From a virus: 64,000 bases of DNA. This document shows positions 37,546 through 47,744 of the stretch, in pieces. The stretch's first letter is position 1, and each line of letters begins with the position of its first letter. The translations under genes and the position numbers were made by a program. The notes beneath the pieces are model-generated. The model saw only the letters and a list, made by a program, of their open reading frames with translations. It did not search any database and was not told the DNA's origin. The stretch lies in the IMG/VR virus record IMGVR_UViG_3300043409_001318, positions 1 through 64,000 of that record; one strand, 5' to 3'.

Positions 37546-40500
37546 ATGTCAAACTTTAATAATCTTTGGAATAACTGGTATAGTACAAAAGTTTTAACTG
37601 AGATGAAGAAGAGAACAAGAGATAGAGTTGTAGCAATATCTAAAAAAATAAAAGAAGAAGCTGGATTAGAAGGACTTAATGATAGTTATACAAGAATGGC
37701 AGCTTTTCCAGAGATATTTGGTGATAAATTAAGAATAGTTGTTGAATCTCAAGATAGTGAACTTGTAATTATGTCTAAATATCTTGGCAGTCTTCAACAA
37801 TTAGTTGCCGCCAGTTTAAAAGATAAAAAAGAAAAGGGTTTTTTAAAACCACCTTACTTTGGAAGTTCTTTTATTACCGATCAAACAATTGCTAAAGAAA
37901 CTAAAAGAAGATTACAAGAAGATGGTGGTGGAACATACGAAATTGACGTTGTATATTACCAACCAACTTTAATAATTCAATATGTTAACATGCAAGAACA
38001 ACAAAAGAAAGAAATTTTTTCTCTTCTTAAAGCGTTTAACAAATTTAAAATGAAAGAAGCAGCAGATTATTGGGGTAAAATTCAATCTAAATATACAAAA
38101 GATAAAGATTTTATAAATAATTTAACAACACAATGGTTTGCAATTAATAAAAGCGATCAAGAACGAAAAATGAAATACGGAGGTGAAAGAAAAGCTATTG
38201 TTTATTCCCGTGCTCCTATTGACGTTTTAAGAATGTCTGACCATCCCATGATTTCTTCTTGTCACTCCCAAGGTGGAGGTTACTTTCAATGCGCTGTTCA
38301 AGAAGCGATTAGAGGAGGTGCTATTGCTTATTCAGTTAATCAAGAAGACATACAAAAAATTATTGATGAAGATAGATTACAAGACATAGAAATATTTGAA
38401 GATAATGAAAGAGGGGTAAAAGGTATTAATCCAGATGGTAGAATTAGAATTAGAAGAATGTTTGATACTGATACCAAACAAGAGTATGCCTTACCAGAGA
38501 TAAGAATATACGGTACTCCACCTGCTTCTTTCCAAAATAGTGTTTTAAGTTGGTCAGCAGAAAATCAAAAATCTAAATTTACAAATTTAGAAACTGGTGA
38601 ATTTCAATTACCAGAGATTAAAAATGCTATAAGAGTTGGTGGTTCTTATGAAGATAATTACGCACCAGATCTTTATAATAGATTAGCTAAGAAAGTTGCT
38701 AATTCTTTTGGAATTAAAGATGAAGATGTTCCAAATTCCAATGTTTATATTCAAAGTGTCACCGTTGATGAAGGCTTGGATTTAATGAGTAATTGCGAAA
38801 GAATTTCAAGAAATATACGAAACGAAATGGTAACTTTTGATATGACAAGACTAGCAGATTATAAAATTATATGTAAAAATAATGGTAAGACAGGTATCGC
38901 ATTTACAAGAGAAGGTCGTACAGAAGAATTTAATGATGAATTCAATGATGAATTTGTTGCGATAGAATTTAATTTCAAATATGAAATACATCAAAATAAT
39001 ATTAAAGGAAAACTTAAAACTGAATTAAACAACGATATAATAAAACAAATAATTAATAAAGGTGGTGAGATATCACCGGATTTTTATTTCTATAAATTAT
39101 ATAAATTACTAAATTTAGAAGGAACAGAATTCAAACCACGCAGAAACGGTCCACACTTGGTTTTTGAAGCAGATGCAAATTTAACCTTTAAAACCGTAGA
39201 AGAATTACGAACATTAAAAAATGAAATATTTAATTACGATAATGATGATAATAATTATCGTAATTTTGAAAGAACTGGTATAGCATTAGATTTTATAGAA
39301 ATGCAGCCATTTGACACAGCATACGCTAAACGTTTATTTAGAGATGTAAAAAATAGTGATTATATGTTCTATTATGAGAGTTCTTATGGTTCTTATAATG
39401 GTTCTACGGTATTATTGGCTCCACCAAGCGAATCTTCACGATCTGAAAGAACAAAAGCATATGATCGTGGTAATCTTAAACAAACAGATATGTTCCCTAC
39501 AATATATAATGGTTTTCTTGAAGGTATAGTGGAATATTTTTATGTTTATTCAATTCCAAAAGAAGCTTTAAGAGCTTCTTTAAAATATCCTACAAAAGAA
39601 AGACACCCAGATGGAGTAGTTTATCGCGCTTTGAAAATAGAGGCTAATCGAAAGAAAGAAGAAATAATGAGAGATATTCAAAAAGTTGTTTATGATATGC
39701 CAGACAAAATTATTAATAGTTTTGGTAGATTAGCACAATCAATTATAGAATTTGGCCCAACGGTAAGAAACCCAGAAGTTATAATCAACAATGAAACTGG
39801 TGAAGCTGATATTGAGAGAGATATTCAAATTGCCTTTACCCTTAAAATAAATCTTTCCACAAGCCTTAGTTCTGATCAACAAGAACAAGCTTTAAAACTT
39901 GTTGAATATTTTTACAATAACTTTTATAAATTTAGAGACAATTTAGAAGAACAATTAATTAATGATCTAAAACAAAAGGGTAGTCAGTTAGTAAAAAGTC
40001 TTATGTCCGATGCTTATCTCAAAGGTATAAAGGGTGAAAAACCTTTAGCAGACCCAATAGCAGAGATAAGACAATTAGACATACCAAACATAATGAAACA
40101 ATTAGAACAACCAGTTATCCAACAAGCAAGAGAAAGTTGGGAAAATTCAAATGGGATAACTACTGATTTAAAAGTTCCTTTTTTTGCTACGACTACAGAC
40201 GAACAAATGATAAGAGTTTATTATTCTTCTACCACTAACTACAAAAAAGTAAATCCATTAGAAGAAAACCTTTTTTATCTGGATTTTAAAATAGAGTATT
40301 TTAAATCAGGTACTAGCACTTATTTAATGATTAAATGTCCTATGATATTTCAACATACTTCTATAAGTGATATGAATGTTCAAGCTCTAACTATGGAAGA
40401 AATAATAGCTGATTTAGCATCGTCTATAGTGACTACTAATTATCGTGCTAAGGCTTCTAAAACAACTTACCAAGAACAAGAAAAGTATTTAGCTGGTAAA

Positions 40501-40704
40501 GAAAGCCAGATGGTATTTGATATAAGTAAGGAAACAAAAGAATTAATACAAACAAGACAAAAAGCAAAGGCAACAAAGGCAGATAAAGATGCGGCTATTG
40601 CTGCAACCACAGAAGACGAAAAACAAATGAAAATGTTTGAACGTAAGATGAATAAGAAACTAATTAAGGAAAGACTTATTAAGTGGTATAAAAGGAATTC
40701 ATAA
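37546..40704 (+). CDS. Large uncharacterised protein, paralogue 1 (SRAPIDVLRMSD-SCHS-YFxCA core)
   Basis: 1052 aa; core shared with the next two ORFs. Confidence 0.8.
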   Translation: MSNFNNLWNNWYSTKVLTEMKKRTRDRVVAISKKIKEEAGLEGLNDSYTRMAAFPEIFGDKLRIVVESQDSELVIMSKYLGSLQQLVAASLKDKKEKGFLKPPYFGSSFITDQTIAKETKRRLQEDGGGTYEIDVVYYQPTLIIQYVNMQEQQKKEIFSLLKAFNKFKMKEAADYWGKIQSKYTKDKDFINNLTTQWFAINKSDQERKMKYGGERKAIVYSRAPIDVLRMSDHPMISSCHSQGGGYFQCAVQEAIRGGAIAYSVNQEDIQKIIDEDRLQDIEIFEDNERGVKGINPDGRIRIRRMFDTDTKQEYALPEIRIYGTPPASFQNSVLSWSAENQKSKFTNLETGEFQLPEIKNAIRVGGSYEDNYAPDLYNRLAKKVANSFGIKDEDVPNSNVYIQSVTVDEGLDLMSNCERISRNIRNEMVTFDMTRLADYKIICKNNGKTGIAFTREGRTEEFNDEFNDEFVAIEFNFKYEIHQNNIKGKLKTELNNDIIKQIINKGGEISPDFYFYKLYKLLNLEGTEFKPRRNGPHLVFEADANLTFKTVEELRTLKNEIFNYDNDDNNYRNFERTGIALDFIEMQPFDTAYAKRLFRDVKNSDYMFYYESSYGSYNGSTVLLAPPSESSRSERTKAYDRGNLKQTDMFPTIYNGFLEGIVEYFYVYSIPKEALRASLKYPTKERHPDGVVYRALKIEANRKKEEIMRDIQKVVYDMPDKIINSFGRLAQSIIEFGPTVRNPEVIINNETGEADIERDIQIAFTLKINLSTSLSSDQQEQALKLVEYFYNNFYKFRDNLEEQLINDLKQKGSQLVKSLMSDAYLKGIKGEKPLADPIAEIRQLDIPNIMKQLEQPVIQQARESWENSNGITTDLKVPFFATTTDEQMIRVYYSSTTNYKKVNPLEENLFYLDFKIEYFKSGTSTYLMIKCPMIFQHTSISDMNVQALTMEEIIADLASSIVTTNYRAKASKTTYQEQEKYLAGKESQMVFDISKETKELIQTRQKAKATKADKDAAIAATTEDEKQMKMFERKMNKKLIKERLIKWYKRNS

Positions 40705-43283
40705 TGAACGATAAAAAAGATTACCAAGTATTATGGGAAGGCTTTATTTCCAATAAAAAAATGTTATTGAATGAAATGGAAGGGCAGTATATGAATTTAA
40801 TTTCTAATGCTACTGCCTATGCCGAAAGCCACCCAGAATTACTACCATTCAAAGAAGTGTTTGGTAATGATTTAAGAAAAGTTATTCCATTCCAACAAAA
40901 GAATGTAGATAAAATTGCTTATCTTTTAAGTATATTTAAATTATTTTCAAGAACAACAGAAGGGAAGCAATATTTAGTACCACAAGTTCAACCAACCACC
41001 GTAAAAGTTAAAAGACAACGCCAAGGTGGTGGTGAAACTTACGAACAAGAACAAACCTTAAATCAACTTGTAGCGGTACATACCTTTATAGATCAAATGG
41101 GTAATTCAAAAACAAGAAATTTGACGATTGTTAATAGTCTAAAATTATTAAATGGTGCTTATAAAAAGTATTTAGAAAAGTCAAATCAAGATCCAAATTC
41201 TGTAAATGTCTCCCAATTTACTATATTAAAAGTATTAGATACTATACCAAGAATGATAGATTGGTGGCAGAAAAATCAATCAAAAATTAATCAAGATCCA
41301 GAAATAGCACAATTATCAAAAGATCTTTCTGACGATATGAGCCAAGAAGCTTGGAAAATGTTTGATACGATTGATGAAAATGAAGGTGCTGGCGAGATAA
41401 CTTCTAAATATTCTATTGTTCTTTCAAGAGTTCCTGTTGATGTGTTAAGAATGTCGGACCATGAAGGGATTAGTTCATGCCATTCTCAACCAAAGAACTA
41501 TGGATCAAATGGATACTTTTATTGTGCTATAGCAGAAGCACAAAATCAAGGTGCTATTGCTTATGTTGTTAATACAGAAGATTTGGAGAATATAGATTTA
41601 AAATCAAAGGAAATCTTTGTAGACCGTGAAAGATCAATAGGAGGAATTAGACCATTATCTCGTATTCGTCTTAGAACTTTAAAAGATACTTCCACAGATC
41701 AAACTATTGCTGTTCCAGAACAAAAGATATATGGTTTATTAATTAATGGTTTTCAAGAATTTATAGATAAATATACGGCTCAATCTCAAAAAGAAATGTT
41801 TGTAGAGCAAGACGAAGATGGAACAAAACAATTAAAACTTCCAATACAAAGAAATCTTACTTATGTTGGTGGTTCTTGGCAAGATAGTCAAATAGGTAGA
41901 AACTTTAAAAGAATGTTAGATTATATAACTGGTTTAGGTGAAGTTAAACCAACCGAAGAACAAAAATTATTGATTAATGATTTTGCTGCGATAAGTGTTA
42001 GATACTCTGGAAATGATACTCAATACGAAGATGATGATGAAGATTATGATGAAGACAATAATGATGAAGACGATCAAAGAGAAGCAGCAGAACAAGAATA
42101 TTACGATCAAATAAGACGAGGAGCTTTTAATACAGATAATTCTTTTATATTTAGAAGTTCTAATTTTAATTGGGTTTGGGGTGAGGGAGTTGAACTAAAA
42201 CTTGTAGCATATACAAAAATTCCAATAGAAACATCTTCATTAAGTAAGAAATATTTTGTTAACGGAGAAGTAGATACAGAAACATTATGTAGTGATATTT
42301 TATCCGCAATAGTAGATAAAGCAGATAAATCTGAAGTAAAAGTTCAACTTGATTACCCAGACGTTGCTATTGATGAAAGTGAAACATATATACAAGGCGA
42401 TAAAGATGATAAATATTTAACACTTAATTTATTTTATATTGAAGATGATATATCAGATATAGGAACATTTGGTTCTCACATATCGGACTTTATCCAATTT
42501 TATAATTCAATAGATAGTTTAGAAGATATATTAAAAGTCTATTTAATAGATAATGGTATTATTAGTGATGGAACATTTAGTATAAGTCAAAGAATAGCAA
42601 ACTTAAAAAATTCTTTTGATCGTGATAAACAAAGAAACTTTACTTATATTGGTGGTGATAAATTTGAGTTTCGTCCTATAACTAATACACAACTTGTTGA
42701 TAGTTCTAAAACTGGAGTATTGTTAACAAAAATTAATGTAGAAGATTATAGAGATATTCGTCATAATTTTGATAGTAGTTTTAATGAAGATATAGTAAGA
42801 TCTTTTGTTAGGGAACAAGAGAAAACACTATCAAGTGCCTATAATAGTTTACAACGAAATTTATTCGATAATATACCAGCTAATTATTTATCTGAATTTA
42901 CAGAACAGGAAAAATTTTCTTTCCTTGGTATTACTGGTGCTTTTAGTGTTGAACTTAAATTTGTTTATATGACCGAAGATATGAAAACAGCAATAGTAAT
43001 GAAAGATAGCGAAGAAGCTAAAATAGTTGGTATTTATGCGGTTCCTGTTATAACAATTGATAGTAAGAAATCACCAGAAGCATTATTGGGACTTATAAAT
43101 TATATGTATATGGTTGATGAAGACCCAGAACAATTTATAGATTTATTATACCTCTCATTTAAGATAGCAGCAAGTCAATATTCTGATCTTAATAATGCTA
43201 TTTCTAAATTGACTGAAAGAAGAAAAAGAGTTATTAAAGAAAGGCTGAAGAATTGGTATAGAAAGAATAAAGGAATTATTTAA
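40704..43283 (+). CDS. Large uncharacterised protein, paralogue 2
   Basis: 859 aa; SRVPVDVLRMSDHEGISSCHS...YFYCA. Confidence 0.8.
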   Translation: MNDKKDYQVLWEGFISNKKMLLNEMEGQYMNLISNATAYAESHPELLPFKEVFGNDLRKVIPFQQKNVDKIAYLLSIFKLFSRTTEGKQYLVPQVQPTTVKVKRQRQGGGETYEQEQTLNQLVAVHTFIDQMGNSKTRNLTIVNSLKLLNGAYKKYLEKSNQDPNSVNVSQFTILKVLDTIPRMIDWWQKNQSKINQDPEIAQLSKDLSDDMSQEAWKMFDTIDENEGAGEITSKYSIVLSRVPVDVLRMSDHEGISSCHSQPKNYGSNGYFYCAIAEAQNQGAIAYVVNTEDLENIDLKSKEIFVDRERSIGGIRPLSRIRLRTLKDTSTDQTIAVPEQKIYGLLINGFQEFIDKYTAQSQKEMFVEQDEDGTKQLKLPIQRNLTYVGGSWQDSQIGRNFKRMLDYITGLGEVKPTEEQKLLINDFAAISVRYSGNDTQYEDDDEDYDEDNNDEDDQREAAEQEYYDQIRRGAFNTDNSFIFRSSNFNWVWGEGVELKLVAYTKIPIETSSLSKKYFVNGEVDTETLCSDILSAIVDKADKSEVKVQLDYPDVAIDESETYIQGDKDDKYLTLNLFYIEDDISDIGTFGSHISDFIQFYNSIDSLEDILKVYLIDNGIISDGTFSISQRIANLKNSFDRDKQRNFTYIGGDKFEFRPITNTQLVDSSKTGVLLTKINVEDYRDIRHNFDSSFNEDIVRSFVREQEKTLSSAYNSLQRNLFDNIPANYLSEFTEQEKFSFLGITGAFSVELKFVYMTEDMKTAIVMKDSEEAKIVGIYAVPVITIDSKKSPEALLGLINYMYMVDEDPEQFIDLLYLSFKIAASQYSDLNNAISKLTERRKRVIKERLKNWYRKNKGII

Positions 43284-46108
43284 TGTCGAAGAACACTCAT
43301 CATTATAACTGGAATTTGTGGTCAAGCAAGAACAAAAAGTTAACAGAAAGAAAGAAAGTTTTGTTAAAAGAGATGGACGAGCAGTTTATTGATATGATAG
43401 AACCAGCTATTATTGCTGCTGGTTCGGGAGCAAATAAAAACTTTGCTCCTTATTTTAATAACAAGAATAGACTTGTAATTAATTATGATGAATCAAAAGT
43501 TAATTATATTGCTACATTAGGCGCATTATGTAGTAATTACATTAAAGAAACAATAGCAAGACAATCCAAATCTTATCAAGCTACTGATGTTTATAAACAA
43601 GATAGACAACAAGTAGATGATATATTAGCAAAAGTAAGAGAGGATGATCCCCACTCTCATTACAGAGAAGAAAGGTTATTTGGTTATGTGAGATATCCAG
43701 TATTAGATTCTATTAACTTTAATATATCACAAAAAGAAACTATACAAACTGGTGTGGGCGTTGGTGGTGTTGGAACAATAGAGAAAAAAATAACTATATA
43801 TGAACCTGTTCTTGAATATAAAGTCACTAAACCAATATTAATTGGAAGTGAAAAGTATTCAGATCTAAATAGACAAAGCACTACTACTTTTGTTTCTACT
43901 TTTGGAGAAATTCTTAACAGGAATAAAGAAAAAGAATTGTTTAATGAATGGAATGGAGCAAAAGGTATAAGTTCACTTAGAGAAAGTATTTGTCAAGATG
44001 GTGAGGTTGTTAAACAAGCTAAAAAAGAATTTCTTAAAATAAATGAAAGTACAGAAACTTTAAAATTATCATTAAGTAAAAGTTTAGAAGCAAAAGCAAG
44101 TGAATATTCTATTGTTATTTCAAGAGCACCTATCGATGTTTTAAGAATGTCCGACTTTGTTGGTATGGAGTCATGCCATTCTACTGGTCGTGAATATTTT
44201 TATTGTGCTCTTGCTGAATCAAGAAATCAAGGGGCTGTTGCTTATCTTGTAAAGACAGAAGATCTTAAAAAAGTAAATCTAAATGATGAAGAAATATTTA
44301 ATGACCGTCAAAGAAGGGTAGGAGGTATAAATCCAATATCAAGAGTTAGACTTAGAAGAATTTATGATGAAGCATTGAAAAGCGATTATATGGTTGTAGA
44401 AGACGCAATTTATGGTTCCAGAAAAGCTTTCTTTGTTGATACAATAAAAAAATGGGCTTCAAATATTCAAAAAGATGTGTTTGCTTTGGGAAACACACCA
44501 GAAGATATTTATATTCCAGATCCAGATGATATAACTTTAAAGGGTGGAAGTTATACTGACTTGGACCAAAGTGGTTTAGCAAAAGAAATAAGAGATATTA
44601 TTTCTAATTCTATTAAATTAAAATTTGGAAATGAGGTATTAGAACAATATAAAACACAAATTGAATCAATTCGATATATTCAATATACAGGTCAAGAAAA
44701 TGAAAATGAATTAAGTACAGATTGTAGTGATGCTGAAAACCTTAAAGATAGTTGGGAAGACACGGTAAGTAGAGTAGGATATGTTAGTAGTGTTGCGTTT
44801 GATGTAATTTGTAATGGTAGTGGTTTAGATCGTATAGAAATGAATATTGAATTAGAAAGTATTGTAATTGGTAATGGTGAAGAATATAATAATAAGAAAC
44901 GTCGTTTTAATATGACGAAAGTAAAAGAATTATTACAAGGTGGTCATTACCATACTTCATATAGAACCGATGCGATGTTAACAGAAAAGTTGGAAAAATA
45001 CTTTAATAAAATTCCTCACTTTAAAGATCTGGTAGGATATGATGTTGAAGGAAATGTTGTTATAAGTGATGATAGAATAGAGTATACAATAAAATTTATA
45101 GGTAATTATCCAACCTCAAGTGAAGCAGAATATTTATCCGGTAGATTTTATAATGTATTAAAGAAATATGATCTTTATGAATTTGAAGAAGTTTGTTTAG
45201 AATTTGCTGAAGAAATGGGATTGCTTGAAGACCAACCATTTGATATAGCAAACGAATATTCCTTAGAAAAATTTGCTGAAGATCTTTTTAAATCAAGAAA
45301 TCATTTTAGATATAATGAAGGAGAAAGTGAAGAAGGTACAAAAGACGTATATTCTTTAATGGGAAATCCAGAAGGACAAGGACCATCTACAAACAATTCT
45401 CCAATAATAGGAATTATTCCATTTGAATATGAACTTAGAGAGAAGTTTATGGAACTATTCCAATATGGCTCTACTAACTTTCAAGTTTCTTTTAGAAATA
45501 AATTTAGTAATAAAATGTATAAATTAAATTCTTCTGTTGATGAACTTGCTTTACCAAGAGAATATAGTAGTAGACAATATCAAATTCCTATGGGTAAACA
45601 AGGAGACTACGGAAAAGCACTAAGAGCCGTAGCACCATCAGCAAGGATGCCGGATGATGAAAGCTTAAGCATTGTTTTAACTGCTGGAGAAGAAAATACA
45701 TTCCAACAAGCACGAAATACAAAACAAATTGAAGTTAAATTATTGTTAGACATACACATAAATGAAGAAATGCAGTCCGAAAACGAAATTATGAGTACCA
45801 TGAACTTTATGGATATATATGGTGGCGAGAAGTATGATGAACTTATAGGCTTAGCCACAGAAGCATTTAAAGAAGCTTGGAAACAATTTGGATTTGAGAT
45901 GGATAGACTTATTTCTAAATTAAGTGAACCAAAACAAAAGAAACCAGATGATTTTTCTTCATTAGAAGCTGGTGTTCAAACAGGTAATCTTCCGCTTTAT
46001 ACTATGAAGTCTGTTGAACAACCAGAAGATAAGAACGAAGCAAAGAAGAATAAGAAACTACTTATTAATGAAAGATTTAAGCGTTTGCTAAGGAACATGA
46101 AAAAATGA
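43283..46108 (+). CDS. Large uncharacterised protein, paralogue 3
   Basis: 941 aa; SRAPIDVLRMSDFVGMESCHS...YFYCA. Confidence 0.8.
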   Translation: MSKNTHHYNWNLWSSKNKKLTERKKVLLKEMDEQFIDMIEPAIIAAGSGANKNFAPYFNNKNRLVINYDESKVNYIATLGALCSNYIKETIARQSKSYQATDVYKQDRQQVDDILAKVREDDPHSHYREERLFGYVRYPVLDSINFNISQKETIQTGVGVGGVGTIEKKITIYEPVLEYKVTKPILIGSEKYSDLNRQSTTTFVSTFGEILNRNKEKELFNEWNGAKGISSLRESICQDGEVVKQAKKEFLKINESTETLKLSLSKSLEAKASEYSIVISRAPIDVLRMSDFVGMESCHSTGREYFYCALAESRNQGAVAYLVKTEDLKKVNLNDEEIFNDRQRRVGGINPISRVRLRRIYDEALKSDYMVVEDAIYGSRKAFFVDTIKKWASNIQKDVFALGNTPEDIYIPDPDDITLKGGSYTDLDQSGLAKEIRDIISNSIKLKFGNEVLEQYKTQIESIRYIQYTGQENENELSTDCSDAENLKDSWEDTVSRVGYVSSVAFDVICNGSGLDRIEMNIELESIVIGNGEEYNNKKRRFNMTKVKELLQGGHYHTSYRTDAMLTEKLEKYFNKIPHFKDLVGYDVEGNVVISDDRIEYTIKFIGNYPTSSEAEYLSGRFYNVLKKYDLYEFEEVCLEFAEEMGLLEDQPFDIANEYSLEKFAEDLFKSRNHFRYNEGESEEGTKDVYSLMGNPEGQGPSTNNSPIIGIIPFEYELREKFMELFQYGSTNFQVSFRNKFSNKMYKLNSSVDELALPREYSSRQYQIPMGKQGDYGKALRAVAPSARMPDDESLSIVLTAGEENTFQQARNTKQIEVKLLLDIHINEEMQSENEIMSTMNFMDIYGGEKYDELIGLATEAFKEAWKQFGFEMDRLISKLSEPKQKKPDDFSSLEAGVQTGNLPLYTMKSVEQPEDKNEAKKNKKLLINERFKRLLRNMKK

Positions 46109-46950
46109 TAATGGAAAGCATATTAAATAATTGGAAAGGCTTTCTCAAAGAAGGCTTTACAGAAGAAGGAACCCCAGACCTTAAATACTATGCTTTCGAT
46201 TGGGATGATAATATAGCCTTTATGCCTACCAAAATTATTCTTCTTGATACAGAGGGTAATGAAGTAGGGATGGCTACCGATCATTTTGCGGAGTATAGAA
46301 CAGAGATAGGTAAGAAAGAGTTTGAATATGAGGGGCACACAATAAAAGACTTTGCTCCATTCCCATTTAGAAATTTTAGAGTTGAAGGTGATACTCAATT
46401 CTTACAAGACGTTATGACTGCTAAATTAGGACCATCATTTCCAGACTTTAAAGAATGTGTTGAAGGTGCTTCTATATTTGCTATAATTACAGCAAGAGGT
46501 CATAATCCAGAAACTCTTAAAGAAGCTTGTAAAAAGTATATTCTTTCTGGTTATGGTGGAATTAATACAGAACAAGTTATATCAAATATTAAAAAATATA
46601 ATGAATTGTATAAATCTTCTGGCTCAACAGATAATTCTAAATTAGTAGATGATTATTTACAAATTTGTAAATTTCATCCTGTAACGTTTGGAGAAGGAAG
46701 CGCAGCAAACCCAGAGCAATTAAAAGTAGTTGCTTTAAATAACTTTATTCAATATGTTAATACAGAAGTAAAGAAAGTTAAAAAACACGCTCAAAAAGGT
46801 TCTAAAATTAAAATAGGTTTCTCCGACGATGATTTCAAGAATATTGAAGCGATGATATCTCACTTTGGGTCAAGAGACGAAAAAGGTAAATTTAAAGCTG
46901 GACGACCACAATCATTAAAGATAAAGTATACAGGCAAACCCCGTGGATAA
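46105..46950 (+). CDS. HAD-superfamily phosphatase-like protein
   Basis: Motif I FDWDD, motif II ITARG, motif IV GFSDDD. Confidence 0.75.
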   Translation: MIMESILNNWKGFLKEGFTEEGTPDLKYYAFDWDDNIAFMPTKIILLDTEGNEVGMATDHFAEYRTEIGKKEFEYEGHTIKDFAPFPFRNFRVEGDTQFLQDVMTAKLGPSFPDFKECVEGASIFAIITARGHNPETLKEACKKYILSGYGGINTEQVISNIKKYNELYKSSGSTDNSKLVDDYLQICKFHPVTFGEGSAANPEQLKVVALNNFIQYVNTEVKKVKKHAQKGSKIKIGFSDDDFKNIEAMISHFGSRDEKGKFKAGRPQSLKIKYTGKPRG

Positions 46951-47146
46951 GGATAAGCAAATCCAATTACTTCAAAATAAAATAAAGTTGTTAGAGGATT
47001 TGCTTACTGAGTCAAATGAAGAATGTAAATTACTTTGGGATTATTTGGATGAAGTAAGGGAAAATGAAAAAGCCCTTATGAAAGAAATACAAATTGCCGT
47101 AGATCACTATATTGTGACTAAAATGAAACCTGTTGGTGACGCTTAA
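46943..47146 (+). CDS. Small coiled-coil hypothetical protein
   Basis: GTG start, operon overlap. Confidence 0.55.
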   Translation: MDKDKQIQLLQNKIKLLEDLLTESNEECKLLWDYLDEVRENEKALMKEIQIAVDHYIVTKMKPVGDA

Positions 47147-47190
47147 ATAACTTTGTCTAACTTTGTCTATGCTTTTACCCTCTTATCAAA

Positions 47191-47198
47191 ACTAATTA
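47191..47198 (+). promoter_or_regulatory. ACTAATTA motif (candidate late promoter)
   Basis: Recurrent motif before ORF 47222. Confidence 0.4.
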
Positions 47199-47221
47199 CT
47201 TTCCTATGGGGGTAATATGAA

Positions 47222-47551
47222 TTGTCTAAACATAAGAAAAGAGGTATACAGGTAGGTGACCCTGTAAAACTAAAAATAAGCAGATCATCAAGACCACCAA
47301 GAAGAGTGGAAACCCCAGAAGAATTAGGGATAGGAACCGTTGTTGAAAAACTAACAGGACTTTTTCTATATCCTCACGAAAAAAATATTATATTTGAATA
47401 TGATAGCGAATTAGATCCTAATTATATTAGTTATAAAAGTTCCAAAGAAAAAGAAGTAGAACAAACTTCAATATGTAAAGTTTATTGGTTTGGAATAGAT
47501 AAAGACAAATGGGAATATGAAAAAGATTTAGAAGTCTTGACGGATAACTGA
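47222..47551 (+). CDS. SH3/KOW-like protein
   Basis: IQVGDPVKLK...GIGTVVE...KVYWF. Confidence 0.55.
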   Translation: MSKHKKRGIQVGDPVKLKISRSSRPPRRVETPEELGIGTVVEKLTGLFLYPHEKNIIFEYDSELDPNYISYKSSKEKEVEQTSICKVYWFGIDKDKWEYEKDLEVLTDN

Positions 47552-47570
47552 AAGGGGTTAAAGTGTGGCT

Positions 47571-47744
47571 ATGGAAAAGACTACAAGAAGCACTCAAAAG
47601 GGCTCTGCTCGTCGGGAACACTTTAAGAGGGGCAATACCCCATCTATGTGGAGAGGTTCAGCCAAGACCTTTACAGATAGGCGCAAGCAGGATAATAGAA
47701 ACAAGTGTCGTCGCAGAGGCCAAGAAAGAAATGAAGATATTTAG
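47571..47744 (+). CDS. Small basic protein (not in ORF track)
   Basis: MEKTTRSTQKGSARREHFKRGNTPSMWRGSAKTFTDRRKQDNRNKCRRRGQERNEDI; TTGACG promoter at 47537. Confidence 0.55.
   Translation: MEKTTRSTQKGSARREHFKRGNTPSMWRGSAKTFTDRRKQDNRNKCRRRGQERNEDI

Noticed and set aside
37546-46108. Chimallin or multisubunit RNA polymerase subunits
   Set aside because: No NADFDGD or other RNAP motifs, and no resemblance to chimallin that I can recognise; left unassigned
47149-47168. 10-bp tandem duplication AACTTTGTCT x2
   Set aside because: Only two copies; probably slippage, no supporting context
47563-47730. N-terminal extension of track ORF 47563..47979
   Set aside because: Better explained by a separate ORF 47571..47744 plus a start at 47731
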